DNA of 60,000 nt from Laetmonice hystrix (Eukaryota), in NCBI GenBank assembly GCA_965235115.1, contig OZ249436.1:33730001-33790000 (forward strand), in the 5' to 3' direction. The number at the start of each line of letters is the position of its first letter. Position 1 is the stretch's first letter. Under the pieces are notes generated by a model. It was not told where the DNA came from. It searched no databases and saw only the letters and a list, made by a program, of their open reading frames with translations. Below are positions 59,271 through 60,000 of the stretch, in pieces. The translations under genes and the position numbers were made by a program.

Positions 59271-60000
59271 ATACAGGGTGAGTAAAAATAAACGCTCTTT
59301 TTTACTTCGTATTTTTCCGCTCGAAATATAACTATTAAGTGATTCTGTATTCTGACTATGTGATAATCTTGATATGGTTGTTGAGTGCGTGGACTGGAAT
59401 AATTATTCGTCTACGGCCTTGCATAACAAAGACAGAGCGTATTGTTCCATGGCACCCGAAATCAGTATACCAGTACAGTATTTTGGAGGTGTTAAAGAGC
59501 TTTTTATTTTAAAGAGCTTTAAAGAGCTGATTTAAAAAAATCCCTCTCAGAAGTCAAATTGATGAAAACCTGTGAAGCACTAAAACGTCATGTTCCAAGG
59601 AGATATTCTTAATAATATGGCGCAGGTAGGCCAATAGCGCCTGTGACCCCCCCCCCCCCCCCCCCCCCAACTACCCCATCTAGAGATCCGTCCCTGTATT
59701 TACACTTGGTGGACCCCTTTATTAACACGTATACATACCACACAGGCCATGTACAAGTGGATATCGGGTTGCACTCTCTTTCACCAATGTTACTTGAAAG
59801 CTGAGCGAGAAACGTTTAGGAAGTCTCGGTCGATAGAAAGCGCCAACATTCCCAAATACAAAGATATAAACCTAATTTCCGACCTGAATTCAGTTGGCAC
59901 GGACCTGTGACGTAAAGGGCAATTCATGAACAGCAAGGCGATTGTTCTGGTTATAATGGTCAGCACAATTCGTATACTCTTTGGCTGCTGTGACAACGTT

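Overview
Eukaryotic DNA from an invertebrate animal, most likely a lophotrochozoan (inferred from spliceosomal introns, MITEs, a CR1/L2-like LINE relic and protein style). It is gene-sparse, with four supportable protein-coding genes: (1) an intronless NXPE-like SGNH/PC-esterase type II membrane protein (2267-3850, +); (2) a 627-aa C2H2 zinc-finger repressor-like factor with CtBP motifs and an unnamed N-terminal alpha/beta module (25226-27109, +); (3) a complete 4-exon MTHFS, 200 aa (44410-49935, +); (4) a 2-coding-exon, low-complexity protein with a C-terminal membrane anchor, 354 aa (53524-51398, -). The rest is regulatory DNA and repeats: Harbinger, hAT and Tc1-type MITEs, an internally deleted Harbinger, a 3.6-kb short-TIR transposon carrying a 164-bp palindromic satellite, an 81-bp AP-1-bearing minisatellite with higher-order structure, a 24-bp CRE repeat, heavy TAGGCCTA enrichment, and convergent CTCF-like clusters around the zinc-finger gene. 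No rRNA, tRNA or CRISPR array was seen. All calls are by eye, with no database search.
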